Shown: positions 1 through 10,916 of the stretch, piece after piece | Numbering within the stretch: position 1 is the stretch's first letter | Layout of the letters: each line of letters opens with the position of its first letter | From: Candidatus Algichlamydia australiensis | GTDB taxonomy: Bacteria; Chlamydiota; Chlamydiia; Chlamydiales; JAJFMI01 | Assembly (NCBI GenBank): GCA_033977065.1 | Contig: JAXCHI010000004.1 | Location: 256,001-320,000, forward strand | Direction: 5' to 3' | DNA length: 64,000 bases | Made by a program: the position numbers and the translations under genes | Notes under the pieces: generated by a model | Seen by the model: only the letters and a program-made list of their open reading frames with translations | Told to the model about the DNA's origin: nothing | Database searches by the model: none

Positions 1-74
1 AGGGGATCGTAGGGTGTGCGGCGCTCATCTAATTCAAGATAGGCAAGTAAATCACAATGTAGATCAATAATCAT
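1..74 (-). CDS. Membrane dipeptidase (peptidase M19 family), 5' end only; runs off the window
   Basis: Not in the ORF track. Manual translation from ATG at 74 gives MIIDLHCDLLAYLELDERRTPYDP; the N-terminal D-x-H-x-D metal-binding motif fits M19 dipeptidases. Confidence 0.65.
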   Translation of the reverse strand, partial: MIIDLHCDLLAYLELDERRTPYDP

Positions 75-96
75 AAAAAAAATTATAGTGTGGTTG

Positions 97-258
97 TGAG
101 ACTATTCTACTATTCATATTTTCAATTTTTCCATATTTTTGGCCCATTTTTTCCTCAATTTTTTCGGCCAACTTTTCAAAGTTTCCCTCAAAAATTGAGA
201 AAAAAAGAGCAGAAAACTATAAAAAAATTTAGAAAACAGCAATAGCAGGATAGTCTCA
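97..258. repeat. 162-bp imperfect palindrome (MITE/RPE-like element P1)
   Basis: Ends TGAGACTATTCTACTATT / AATAGCAGGATAGTCTCA pair; arms pair imperfectly throughout; apex AACTT-TTCA-AAGTT near 177; abuts ATG at 259. Confidence 0.8.
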
Positions 259-1605
259 ATGAAACTCAAGACCTATTTAAAGAAAGATTTGCACCTCATC
301 ACACAAATCTTTCGCGACCACATGGTCATCCTGTTGCTTATTTTACTCTCTTATATTGCAACATACGCCTTAAATCTCTATCTGGCAAATTTGCTCAAAC
401 CAGAGCTTTATGGAAATATTTCTATTGTTTTCCAATTGCTTCTATTTACGATGCCGTTTGCGCTGTTGGGAACCGAGCTTTCTATGATGCACTTTTTGCC
501 CAAGTATTTCCACGATCATGAATATCCGCTTGCTTCAGGATTTATCCGATGGAATTTTCGTCTTTTTGGTTGGATCTCTCTTGTTGTTTTGGCTTTGGGA
601 GGGATGTGTCTCTCTATTGCTCTGATTTTAGAGGGGATTGGTGTCACCAAGTTAACAGAGTATAATGTGATTCTTTACTCGTTTTGGCTGATTCCACTTT
701 TTGCTTTAATTGTTTTGCTTGCAACTCTCCTGCAAACGATGGGCAAATTTTACTTAGCGACCTCTTTTCGCGGATTTGCACTCTCTTTTATGATCTTGCT
801 TGTGGTTTTTTTATTCCTCCATGTTTTTGAGACTTCATGGGTTGGGGGCTATCGCAAAACGGTTAGCTTGATTATCTGCTTGGCAATTGCCTACCTATCT
901 ATTATTGGTCTTGAGATCTATTTCTTGCGCAAGACGCTACCAAAAAAGATCTATAAGGTAAAACCGCACTACCAGAAGAGCCACTGGGTGCGCTACTCGA
1001 TCGAAATGTTAGGAAGTTTTTTGGGGTATACAGCTTTAGCGGCACTTGAAATTTTGCTTTTACAATTTTTTGGAGCAAACCAAGAAGATGTCGGGCACTT
1101 TGCCTCTATTTTGGTGATTAGCTCTTCCATGATGGTGCTTGCTTTAGCAGTTGATATGTTTGTGAATCCGCTCATTAGCTCGCTCGTGCATAAAAATCGT
1201 CTGCACTTGCAGTCGGTTTTGGATATTGTCAATCTCTTCAAACTTGTTCCTGCAACGCTTCTGCTTCTCGTTATGATTTTCTTTGGAGAGTCGCTGCTTT
1301 CACACTTTGGAAAGTCATTTGAAGGCGCTTACCCAGCACTCTTAGTTTTGGCAGCTGGTTATTTTTATGGCCTAACACTCAATTCTGCAGTGCCTCTTCT
1401 ACTCTACTCCGGGCATCATCGGCTCAATTTTAAGCTCTCTCTTGTACAATTTGCGTTTATTGTGATTGCGAGCGGAATTTTGATTCCCATGTACGCCTTA
1501 GAGGGAGCTGCCATCGCCCTTTCCGCAACAATTGTCTTTGCAAGCACGATGCGACTCTTCTTCATCCGCAAATATTTAGATATCAAATTGCTATTTATTG
1601 TATAG
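259..1605 (+). CDS. Polysaccharide flippase / MOP-superfamily (Wzx-like) membrane protein
   Basis: 448 aa with many hydrophobic segments; 'LANLLKPELYG' N-terminal motif and 'LIPMYALEGAAIA' C-terminal motif are typical of Wzx-like exporters. Confidence 0.75.
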   Translation: MKLKTYLKKDLHLITQIFRDHMVILLLILLSYIATYALNLYLANLLKPELYGNISIVFQLLLFTMPFALLGTELSMMHFLPKYFHDHEYPLASGFIRWNFRLFGWISLVVLALGGMCLSIALILEGIGVTKLTEYNVILYSFWLIPLFALIVLLATLLQTMGKFYLATSFRGFALSFMILLVVFLFLHVFETSWVGGYRKTVSLIICLAIAYLSIIGLEIYFLRKTLPKKIYKVKPHYQKSHWVRYSIEMLGSFLGYTALAALEILLLQFFGANQEDVGHFASILVISSSMMVLALAVDMFVNPLISSLVHKNRLHLQSVLDIVNLFKLVPATLLLLVMIFFGESLLSHFGKSFEGAYPALLVLAAGYFYGLTLNSAVPLLLYSGHHRLNFKLSLVQFAFIVIASGILIPMYALEGAAIALSATIVFASTMRLFFIRKYLDIKLLFIV

Positions 1606-1711
1606 CATTTGCAATTCATGACTTGCACGAAATACGCATCTTTGTGGTTGTATGCTTTTGACGACGCTATCTAAAACCCCGAAATCAGCGAATGAATTCC
1701 TCATGAGCCGC

Positions 1712-1878
1712 TAGTACTCTGTAACAGAAAATTTTAGCATTATTTTTACGTCAAAGCCTCGGGATTGAACTATCGAAAATCACCTCGTATTTGATTAATA
1801 CTAGGTGACTTGCGATAGCCCAATCGCGAGAGCTTTCACGTTAAAAAGAATAACAAAATTTTCTGTTACAGAGTACTA
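1712..1878. repeat. 163-bp imperfect palindrome flanked by TA on both sides (element P2)
   Basis: CTAGTACTCTGTAACAGAAAATTTT (1711) pairs perfectly with AAAATTTTCTGTTACAGAGTACTAG (to 1879); internal arms also pair; apex GTATT-TGATT-AATAC. Confidence 0.9.
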
Positions 1879-2042
1879 GGCGGGCAATGGAAGCCTGCTT
1901 TACTGGTAGCAGGGAATTTAGAATTTCAAGAAGGAGTTTTTGGAAACCGGAGATAACTGCAAGCAGTTATTGGAGGTTGAAAAAGCTCTTTATTGGAATT
2001 ATGAAACCCTGGGATCGGTAAATGAGGGTTTCATTGCCCGCC
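1879..2042. repeat. 164-bp imperfect palindrome (element P3), adjacent to P2 and overlapping the stop codon of 2031..2759
   Basis: GGCGGGCAATG ... CATTGCCCGCC termini; arms pair imperfectly; apex ATAACTGC-AA-GCAGTTAT. Confidence 0.85.
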
Positions 2043-2759
2043 AAAAAAAACCTTGAAAGGAGAGAGAAGAATATTGGTTGCCTGTCCCGATATGCCTATC
2101 ACCATGTTGGTGACCCCTTCCATAAGGGTGATCTGCTCCAGTAGCTTTTTAATAATGACTTCAGTGATCTCTTCAATCGGCAAGCCTTTCTCTGTTCCGA
2201 CGTTTTGGAATTCCATTTTAGGGATAGGATTGAGTTTACGTGGATTTCTCTCACCACTGAGGAGGATATCAACGTTGACGTTGTAAAGACCAAGGAGCTC
2301 AATTAAGACGGTTCGGTTGTAGCGGAAGCTAGTCTTATCCACTACTTCTTCAATTGGGTTTGTTGTTGAGAAGTTGCTATCAACATTTTGAACGATCTGG
2401 GTCCAGTTTCCCTGAGAATTATCTTTGTCGTTAAACTCAATACCTGCCCAGATGTTTTCAAAGGCAATTCTTTGGATATCAATGTCTTTTTTAAAGTAGT
2501 TGATTAGGGGGGCGTCAAAGGTGATTTTTCCCACTTCCATTGCTTTATCCATTTTATACCCCTTGGGGTTGTGGACAACGAGCTGGTTAATGGTAAAGGA
2601 ATCCCAGTGAAGATCTATGCTTTTGATAGTCGTGTGGACGCCAAGTTTTTCAGAGAGGTAGTTGGCTAAGATTTCAGCGCGGTGAAAGTAGAAGTGACCA
2701 AGAAAGGCAGCAAATCCTACGACAAGAACAATCGCTAAAAAGCATATAATTTTCTTCAT
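2031..2759 (-). CDS. Conserved hypothetical protein with N-terminal membrane anchor (AsmA/DUF748-like)
   Basis: N-terminal TM segment followed by a beta-rich domain ('INQLVVHNPKGY'); lies downstream of groEL as in other chlamydiae. Confidence 0.55.
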   Translation of the reverse strand: MKKIICFLAIVLVVGFAAFLGHFYFHRAEILANYLSEKLGVHTTIKSIDLHWDSFTINQLVVHNPKGYKMDKAMEVGKITFDAPLINYFKKDIDIQRIAFENIWAGIEFNDKDNSQGNWTQIVQNVDSNFSTTNPIEEVVDKTSFRYNRTVLIELLGLYNVNVDILLSGERNPRKLNPIPKMEFQNVGTEKGLPIEEITEVIIKKLLEQITLMEGVTNMVIGISGQATNILLSPFKVFFGGQ

Positions 2760-2770
2760 TTCCTCACGTT

Positions 2771-2808
2771 AAAGAAAAAAGGCTTTTCCCGAAAGGGAAA
2801 AGCCTTTT
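2771..2808 (-). terminator. Rho-independent terminator of groESL
   Basis: AAAAGGCTTTTCCC-GAAA-GGGAAAAGCCTTTT stem-loop followed by a U-tract on the minus strand. Confidence 0.85.
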
Positions 2809-2831
2809 GCTTGTGTAGGATTGAGATGACT

Positions 2832-4791
<1,960 letters not shown>

Positions 4792-4823
4792 ATTTCTTTC
4801 CTTGTAAAAGTTTATACAACCCC

Positions 4824-4852
4824 ATTATGACGGAAAAGTGAATTTTTGGCAA
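4824..4852 (-). promoter_or_regulatory. Sigma66/70-type promoter of groESL
   Basis: TTGCCA-17 bp-CATAAT on the minus strand upstream of groES. Confidence 0.7.
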
Positions 4853-4857
4853 CAAAT

Positions 4858-4884
4858 TTAGCAGTTTAAGGTGCTAAGTGCTAG
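4858..4884. promoter_or_regulatory. CIRCE element (HrcA operator)
   Basis: TTAGCAGTT-N9-AAGTGCTAG versus consensus TTAGCACTC-N9-GAGTGCTAA, just upstream of the groESL -35. Confidence 0.9.
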
Positions 4885-4952
4885 GTGTGTAAAATCAAAA
4901 TTTTAATTTTTATATATTGACTGTTTCGCTCGAATTGCATACTCTGAAGCGC

Positions 4953-6719
4953 ATGGTTATAGAACGTCATGAAGTTAAAAAAGAAGATAAGTGGGATGTA
5001 GAGGCTCTCTACGCATCCATTTCAGACTGGGAAAGTGAATTCAAAGCGATATCTGACAAAGGTTGGGGGAAGATCCTTCAATACAAGGGGAAACTTGGTG
5101 AAAATTTGGGCGCAGCACTTAGAGAGCGCTTTTCTCTTGATGAGACCATAGACAAACTTGTTGTTTACGGCCACTTGCGCTACGATGAAGATCTTACAAA
5201 TGCCGAGCACAAGTCCACCTACGATAGGGCAATGAGCCTCTATTTTGATTTCTCTGCTAATGTAAGTTGGTTTGAACCCGAAATTTTACAGCTTCCAGAT
5301 GAAGTTATAGAGAGTGCATTGAACGATAACTCTCTTTCTGATTACCACTTTTTCCTCTCTTCATTAATCAAGTTAAAACCGCACACTCTTTCTCCCAAAG
5401 AGGAGAAGATTTTAGCTCTATCAGCTGAATCGATGCAGACAGCAAAGCGCACTTTTTCTCTTCTCAATAATGCGGATTTCAAATTTGCTCCAGCAAAAGA
5501 TGAAAATGGAGAGGAGCATGAGATTACTCACGCGCGCTACTCTACGATTTTACACAGTAAGGATCGCACACTACGCATCAATGCCTTTGAAAATTTGCAA
5601 GGGCGTTATCGTGAGTATGGCAATACGATTGCAGAGCTACTAGCTGGACATGTAAACACGCATATTTGTGAGGCAAAAGCGCGAGGATACAAATCTTCTT
5701 TGGATGCAGCCCTTTTTCCTAAAAATATAGATACGGAAGTTTATCGCCAATTGATCAAAACTGCGCATGAGAATATTGAGCCTTTGCACCGCTATATGGC
5801 GATGCGTAAGGAAAAACTTGGTTTGGACAAACTGCGCCTTTGCGATCTCTATGTTCCTCTTGTTGATGAGGTGGATCTGCATTACACCTATGATGAGTCA
5901 ATTGATATGGTGGTCGACTCATTAAAGTGCTTGGGACCAGAATACCAGAGACAGCTAAAAGCGGGTCTAACAACAGATCGTTGGGTGGATCGTTATGAGA
6001 ATGAAGGGAAACGCTCTGGGGCCTATTCAAGTGGCTGCTATGGCTATATGCCCTACATTTTGATGAATTACCAGGGACAGATTAATGATGTGATGACACT
6101 TACGCATGAAGCGGGTCACAGCATGCACTCATTCTACTCTCAAAAAAATCAGCCCTATCCGAAGGCGCAGTATACAATTTTTGTGGCAGAAGTAGCATCA
6201 ACTTTTCATGAGAAACTTCTTTTCCACTATTTGATGGAGAGATTGGGAGAAAAAGAGAAGCAGTTCCTTATAAATTACCGCTTAGATAGTATTCGTGCAA
6301 CGTTTTTCAGGCAGGCTCTCTTTGCTGAATTTGAATTAAAAATTCACGAGCTGGCTGAAGCGGGGAAGCCTCTGACACAAGAGCTTTTAAGCGAGATTTA
6401 TGGCGAATTAAACCGCGTCTACTACGGTCCTCACTTAGAAATTGATGAGTATTTAAAAGCAGAGTGGATGCGCATTCCGCATTTCTACAGTAACTTTTAC
6501 GTTTACCAGTATGCAACGGGAATTAGTGCGGCAACAGCTCTTGTAGATCGCGTGACAAAAGAGGGAGCAAAAGAGGACTATTTGCGTTTTATCTCCTCTG
6601 GAGGAAGCGATTATCCATTGAATGAGCTTCGCGATGCTGGTATTGACATGACAGATGAAAAACCGATAAAATCCTTGATTGCAGATTTTGAGGAGTTGCT
6701 CGATGCGTTTAGGAATTAA
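4953..6719 (+). CDS. pepF: Oligoendopeptidase F
   Basis: HEAGHSMH zinc motif, KRSGAYS, AEVAS, W-x-RIPHFY; divergent from groES as in Chlamydia. ATG 4953 preferred over TTG 4917. Confidence 0.96.
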   Translation: MVIERHEVKKEDKWDVEALYASISDWESEFKAISDKGWGKILQYKGKLGENLGAALRERFSLDETIDKLVVYGHLRYDEDLTNAEHKSTYDRAMSLYFDFSANVSWFEPEILQLPDEVIESALNDNSLSDYHFFLSSLIKLKPHTLSPKEEKILALSAESMQTAKRTFSLLNNADFKFAPAKDENGEEHEITHARYSTILHSKDRTLRINAFENLQGRYREYGNTIAELLAGHVNTHICEAKARGYKSSLDAALFPKNIDTEVYRQLIKTAHENIEPLHRYMAMRKEKLGLDKLRLCDLYVPLVDEVDLHYTYDESIDMVVDSLKCLGPEYQRQLKAGLTTDRWVDRYENEGKRSGAYSSGCYGYMPYILMNYQGQINDVMTLTHEAGHSMHSFYSQKNQPYPKAQYTIFVAEVASTFHEKLLFHYLMERLGEKEKQFLINYRLDSIRATFFRQALFAEFELKIHELAEAGKPLTQELLSEIYGELNRVYYGPHLEIDEYLKAEWMRIPHFYSNFYVYQYATGISAATALVDRVTKEGAKEDYLRFISSGGSDYPLNELRDAGIDMTDEKPIKSLIADFEELLDAFRN

Positions 6720-7485
6720 ATTTTTTCTACTGCTTCCTCTCGTTTTATTTGGTAAAGTAATTGAGGTGCAGCATTTCAAAGAGCTTCTTACACACATTTC
6801 AAAGGATACTCTTATTCTACTTGATATAGATGACACTCTGCTGATACCAAAACAGATGCTGGGCTCAGATATATGGTTTAACTACCGTTGGCGAGAGTAT
6901 CAAAAAATGGGAATGAGCCGTGGAGATGCTTTAGAAAAAAGTTTAGCCGAGTGGAATGCGATCCGTCATCTAACAGAGATGGAGATTGTAGAACCTGGGA
7001 CAAAGGAGATCATCAGCCAAATGCAAGATGAGGGGTATACAGTCATGGGGTTGACAACCCAGGGAATCGCAATGGCTACGCGCACCTCAATGCAACTAAA
7101 AGATCTTGGGATTCACCTGGTACGCACTGCGCCTTCAAAAAATGGGCACTACCTTAACATCAACGAGCACGGAGTTCTCTTCCGTGAAGGAGTCCTTTTT
7201 ACTTCAGGAACCCCTAAAGGAAAGGCTCTTTTTGCGCTTTTATACACGCTCGGTTATTACCCCAAAGAAATCGTTTTTATTAATGACAAGTTAGCTCATT
7301 TGCACGATATAGAAGAGGAGGCAGAAAAAAATAAGATCAAATATTGCGGTTTGCGTTATGCTTACTCTGACGCGCGTAAGAAGGCATTTCGGGTAGATGT
7401 AGCAGATTACCAGTTTTGCCACTCAACATTTGATAGAATTTGTTCCGATGAGGAAGGAACAATTGCGACGAATAAATCATTATGA
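6703..7485 (+). CDS. Secreted HAD-like protein (DUF2608-type)
   Basis: Signal peptide, DIDDTL HAD motif I, K-G-x-x-L and FIND motifs. Confidence 0.7.
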   Translation: MRLGIKFFLLLPLVLFGKVIEVQHFKELLTHISKDTLILLDIDDTLLIPKQMLGSDIWFNYRWREYQKMGMSRGDALEKSLAEWNAIRHLTEMEIVEPGTKEIISQMQDEGYTVMGLTTQGIAMATRTSMQLKDLGIHLVRTAPSKNGHYLNINEHGVLFREGVLFTSGTPKGKALFALLYTLGYYPKEIVFINDKLAHLHDIEEEAEKNKIKYCGLRYAYSDARKKAFRVDVADYQFCHSTFDRICSDEEGTIATNKSL

Positions 7486-7757
7486 CGAAAGTAAAAGACT
7501 CTTTTATTGTTTGTAACGAACAAGGGCTACACACGCGCCCTGCCACAGAACTTGTAAAGTGTGTTTCACGCTACCGCGCTCAAGTAAAGCTTTTTTATCA
7601 AGATTTGGAAGTAAACGCAAAATCCCTTCTTGGGATTCTCATGCTTGCAGCGGAGCGTGGTGCCAAAGTGCGCATTGAAGCTGAAGGAGAGGATGCACAG
7701 GAGGTAGTCAGTGAGCTTATTGAGCTCTCCAAGGACAAATTTCACATCCGATACTGA
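7482..7757 (+). CDS. ptsH: HPr phosphocarrier protein
   Basis: GLHTRPA (His15) and NAKSLLGIL (Ser46) motifs. Confidence 0.95.
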   Translation: MTKVKDSFIVCNEQGLHTRPATELVKCVSRYRAQVKLFYQDLEVNAKSLLGILMLAAERGAKVRIEAEGEDAQEVVSELIELSKDKFHIRY

Positions 7758-8136
7758 TAGTAGTAAAGGTTCTTACCACTCTTTTGGTCTTAATATAAGT
7801 TTTCAAGACGAAGAAGAAAAGGCTATCGAGACCGCTAAAGAAGAAGAGCGTTTAATCGACCGTTCTGGATCTTTTATTGATGATAGCCGTCGTTTTGAGT
7901 ATTGCTATTATGAAAAAATTTGCACCCCAATGCAATACCGAGTCGCCTGTGCAGCCCTTACGATTTTTTTATTTGGGACCCTCCTCGTTCCGATTACCAC
8001 AATTGTTGCTCTTAACCTTCCCATAAGCACTGTGGTGAGCTTAGTTATGGGTATTGTCTCAGGCTATTTTTTTGCGATGTTGATCGGCATACCTCTCTAT
8101 TCTGCTTATGGCTATTCCCAATGGAATAAGCAGTGA
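7711..8136 (+). CDS. Hypothetical membrane protein with a two-lobed hydrophobic region (Inc-like); start uncertain
   Basis: 141-aa ORF with a hydrophilic N-terminus and a ~50-aa hydrophobic hairpin; stop overlaps the next start. Confidence 0.5.
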   Translation: MSLLSSPRTNFTSDTDSSKGSYHSFGLNISFQDEEEKAIETAKEEERLIDRSGSFIDDSRRFEYCYYEKICTPMQYRVACAALTIFLFGTLLVPITTIVALNLPISTVVSLVMGIVSGYFFAMLIGIPLYSAYGYSQWNKQ

Positions 8137-9182
8137 AAAAACTTTTCCTTTTTTTTCTAACTTTGCCTCTCTTTGGTCATCTAGAAGAAGATGTAGGACA
8201 ACTGTTAATGACCTACACCTATCCAAGTGAAGAGCAAGCTTTGGTTCAAGATCTTCATATTGGAGGAATTATTTACTATTCCTGGGCTAATGAGCTCTTA
8301 TATGAAGAGGAAGTCCGAGATTACTCCGCCTACCTGCAATCACTTGCCGAAACCCCTCTTTTTATTGCTGTTGATCAAGAGGGAGGAAGAGTGAGTCGTT
8401 TGCAGGGCGAATTTTTACAAATTCCTAGCGCGCAATTTTTTGGAGAAATTGACGATCCCTATTTTCATCGACTTTTGCTCGATGGGATGACAGAGCAGAT
8501 GTGCGATGCGGGTATTAATTTGAATTTTGCACCCGTTGTAGATGTAAATAATAATCCAGAAAATATTGTCATCGGCGATCGCTCCTTTGGAAGTGATGCT
8601 AAATCAGTAGTGAGTTGCGCTAAGCAGGTCATAGCTTCTCATCTTTTAAACGGTGTTTTCCCTTGTTTAAAGCACTTCCCAGGTCATGGTGACACAAGCG
8701 TTGATTCACACTTTGAAGTGCCAGTTGTAAGAAAAAGCCGCGAAGAGTTAGATCGCGCGGAATTCTATCCCTACTTTGCGCTTGCTAAAGAAGTTCCGTT
8801 CATTATGACCGCGCACATCCTTTTTCCAGAACTCGATCCCGATTATCCCGCGACTTTTTCCAAAAAAATTCTCACAGGGCTTTTGCGAGAGGAGATGGGG
8901 TTTGAGGGTGTTATTATTACAGACTCCTTGAAAATGAAGGCAGCAGGAGAAGAAATTTCAATGGGGGAAGCGGCAGTACGCGCTTTCCAAGCGGGGGCAG
9001 ATATTTTGCTTATTGGGGGAAAACTTTTACTTGGCGAAGATGATGAGGAGCATTTGCTTGAAGTAAGAGGGGTGCGTGACGCGCTAGTCAATGCAATCCA
9101 ATCGGGAAGGATTTCTCAAGAGAGGCTCCAGTCTTCTCTTGATCGTATTGCAAATACAAAGGCTACTCTTCGTAAGGAGTGA
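8133..9182 (+). CDS. nagZ: GH3 beta-N-acetylhexosaminidase (NagZ-like) with signal peptide
   Basis: DQEGGRV, NFAPVVD, KHFPGHGDTSVDSH (NagZ signature), IMTAH, ITDSL. Confidence 0.88.
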   Translation: MKKLFLFFLTLPLFGHLEEDVGQLLMTYTYPSEEQALVQDLHIGGIIYYSWANELLYEEEVRDYSAYLQSLAETPLFIAVDQEGGRVSRLQGEFLQIPSAQFFGEIDDPYFHRLLLDGMTEQMCDAGINLNFAPVVDVNNNPENIVIGDRSFGSDAKSVVSCAKQVIASHLLNGVFPCLKHFPGHGDTSVDSHFEVPVVRKSREELDRAEFYPYFALAKEVPFIMTAHILFPELDPDYPATFSKKILTGLLREEMGFEGVIITDSLKMKAAGEEISMGEAAVRAFQAGADILLIGGKLLLGEDDEEHLLEVRGVRDALVNAIQSGRISQERLQSSLDRIANTKATLRKE

Positions 9183-9561
9183 CTTTATCGAGCACTTGCT
9201 CTTCGACAAAGAGGGGAATATTTTGCAGCATGACAAGAGTTAGGCAGTCACTGGGGCGTGCTGCAATTTCTAAAATTTGTCTTACATCCTGATTTTCCTG
9301 CTCTACAAAAAGTTTTGAGCTGTAGATAGCTTCTTCAACGTCATCAATGACAACTTTTAACGGCTTGACCTCCAGGCCATGAAGAAGAGCTGAGACTAAG
9401 TCATGAGCTGTTTTGGGACGTGCAGAACCTTTCTGAATATTGGCTCCCACATGAGGCTCTGTAAAAATGGCAAACCGCATTGTTTCTGACTGCAGGATGA
9501 ATGCAGAGTAGGTTTTGCCTTGCAAGATCTTTTCTACATGAATTGGAATGAGCCCGCTCAC
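9163..9561 (-). CDS. Bifunctional nuclease family protein (DUF151)
   Basis: RP-x-x-x-HDL and ARPSD motifs; 132 aa. Confidence 0.8.
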   Translation of the reverse strand: MSGLIPIHVEKILQGKTYSAFILQSETMRFAIFTEPHVGANIQKGSARPKTAHDLVSALLHGLEVKPLKVVIDDVEEAIYSSKLFVEQENQDVRQILEIAARPSDCLTLVMLQNIPLFVEEQVLDKVTPYEE

Positions 9562-10235
9562 TGCCAGACCTCTGTTGTGCCATCTTTTTTTCCAATGATG
9601 ACGCGCCCTGCAATATGAAAAAAGAGCCCCGTTTCGACTACTCCAGGAAGTGTAATAATTTCAGAGTGCAGTTTAATCGGATCGTCTAGAGGGGATTGCA
9701 ATTCAATATCATAAATATAGTGGCCGCCGTCTGTTGAAAAGGGTGTTGTCTCATTTGCCATTCGAATTGCGCCTCGTAACCCATGCGCGTTCAGCTTTTG
9801 AACCGTTGATTGGTAGCAGAAAGGAACAATCTCTACAGGAAGCATTGCATTTCCTAGTTTCTCAGAGACCTTTTCACTATCGATGATTACAATCATTTCA
9901 CGGCTGCATGAAGCGATAATTTTCTCGCGCAATAGTGCTCCTCCACCTCCTTTGATCATTCTCTTTTCTCGATCAATTTCATCAGCACCATCTACTGTAA
10001 TATCAAGTGAGGTGACTTGACTGCTTTCAAGTAGAGGAATGTTGTGCTTTTGCGCAAGAACAAGAGATTTTTCTGAGCTAGAAATGGCTTGGATTTTCAA
10101 TCCCTTTTTAACACGCTCTCCCAACTTTTCAATAAAGTAGAAAACTGTTGTGCCTGTCCCAATCCCAACAAGCATCTCTTGCTGGATACACTCTGCTGCG
10201 GCAAAACCTGCCGCTTTTTTTTCGTCTTCGTTCAT
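9558..10235 (-). CDS. rpiA: Ribose-5-phosphate isomerase A
   Basis: GIGTGTT, DGADE, KGGGGALLREK, GVVETGLF; likely start ATG 10235 (MNEDEKK). Confidence 0.96.
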   Translation of the reverse strand: MNEDEKKAAGFAAAECIQQEMLVGIGTGTTVFYFIEKLGERVKKGLKIQAISSSEKSLVLAQKHNIPLLESSQVTSLDITVDGADEIDREKRMIKGGGGALLREKIIASCSREMIVIIDSEKVSEKLGNAMLPVEIVPFCYQSTVQKLNAHGLRGAIRMANETTPFSTDGGHYIYDIELQSPLDDPIKLHSEIITLPGVVETGLFFHIAGRVIIGKKDGTTEVWQ

Positions 10236-10329
10236 ACTTGCATCATGAAGAGTTGCCCTTTTCCTCTCAAGAGAATTGACGTATAGGTACCAAAGATTTA
10301 AGATGTAAGAGATTTGAACGGAGGCACGA

Positions 10330-10641
10330 ATGGCTAGTAAAAGGGAAAAAGAGCTTTTGAATGAGATTGCTGAAGAGAGTGAAAAGACAAAGCGCGCCCG
10401 CGAGAAACTCAAAAAGAATCTCACAAACGAACAGACAAAAACCACAAAAGAGGCTTTAGATCGAAAAAGTGCAGAGATTAAGGTCTGGATCGGCCGTCAT
10501 GCCAAAGATCGTACTGTCGTTCCTGGAAAGGGGATCTCTCTTTTTGATAATAATGAGAACCCTGCGGATCCAAGTGAAAAAATTTCTGGTCATCGTGAAC
10601 AGTTAGAAGATCTACTTGGAAAAGAGACTAAGGCGAACTAG
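10330..10641 (+). CDS. Hypothetical highly charged protein
   Basis: GGAGG RBS upstream of ATG; 103 aa, K/E-rich. Confidence 0.6.
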   Translation: MASKREKELLNEIAEESEKTKRAREKLKKNLTNEQTKTTKEALDRKSAEIKVWIGRHAKDRTVVPGKGISLFDNNENPADPSEKISGHREQLEDLLGKETKAN

Positions 10642-10916
10642 TACTCCGTTTTAATTAAAAAAACAGCCAGTAGAAACAGTCGGGCAAATCCCGGCTGCCC
10701 TAAGAGAGGGTTTACAAATTCATTCCGCTGAAAAAATAAAAGCAATTTGTAAACTTTCTCTTGAGCTTCATCTTGGCATGCCAAATTGCGTTTTGTCGGA
10801 AAACCGTGCAGAGCACTGCTTCTTCCTCCTGCACCGCAATTTTTCAAAGCCGGTAAAATGACTTTTCCGTATAAAGACTTGACTAGAAGCAACTTAGTCT
10901 GCTAAACTTTTGGTGA

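Noticed and set aside
1549..1711. Possible third, degenerate palindrome left of P2 (GCGACTC...GAGCCGC, centre TGCAATTCATGACTTGCA)
   Set aside because: The arms pair only in short patches and overlap normal-looking coding sequence; too weak to call.
10236..10445. N-terminal extension of rpiA in the ORF track
   Set aside because: It overlaps the divergent ORF at 10330; RpiA similarity begins at ATG 10235.
10638..10892. 84-aa minus-strand ORF, or a T-box leader for tyrS
   Set aside because: No RBS or protein motif, and no T-box antiterminator consensus seen.
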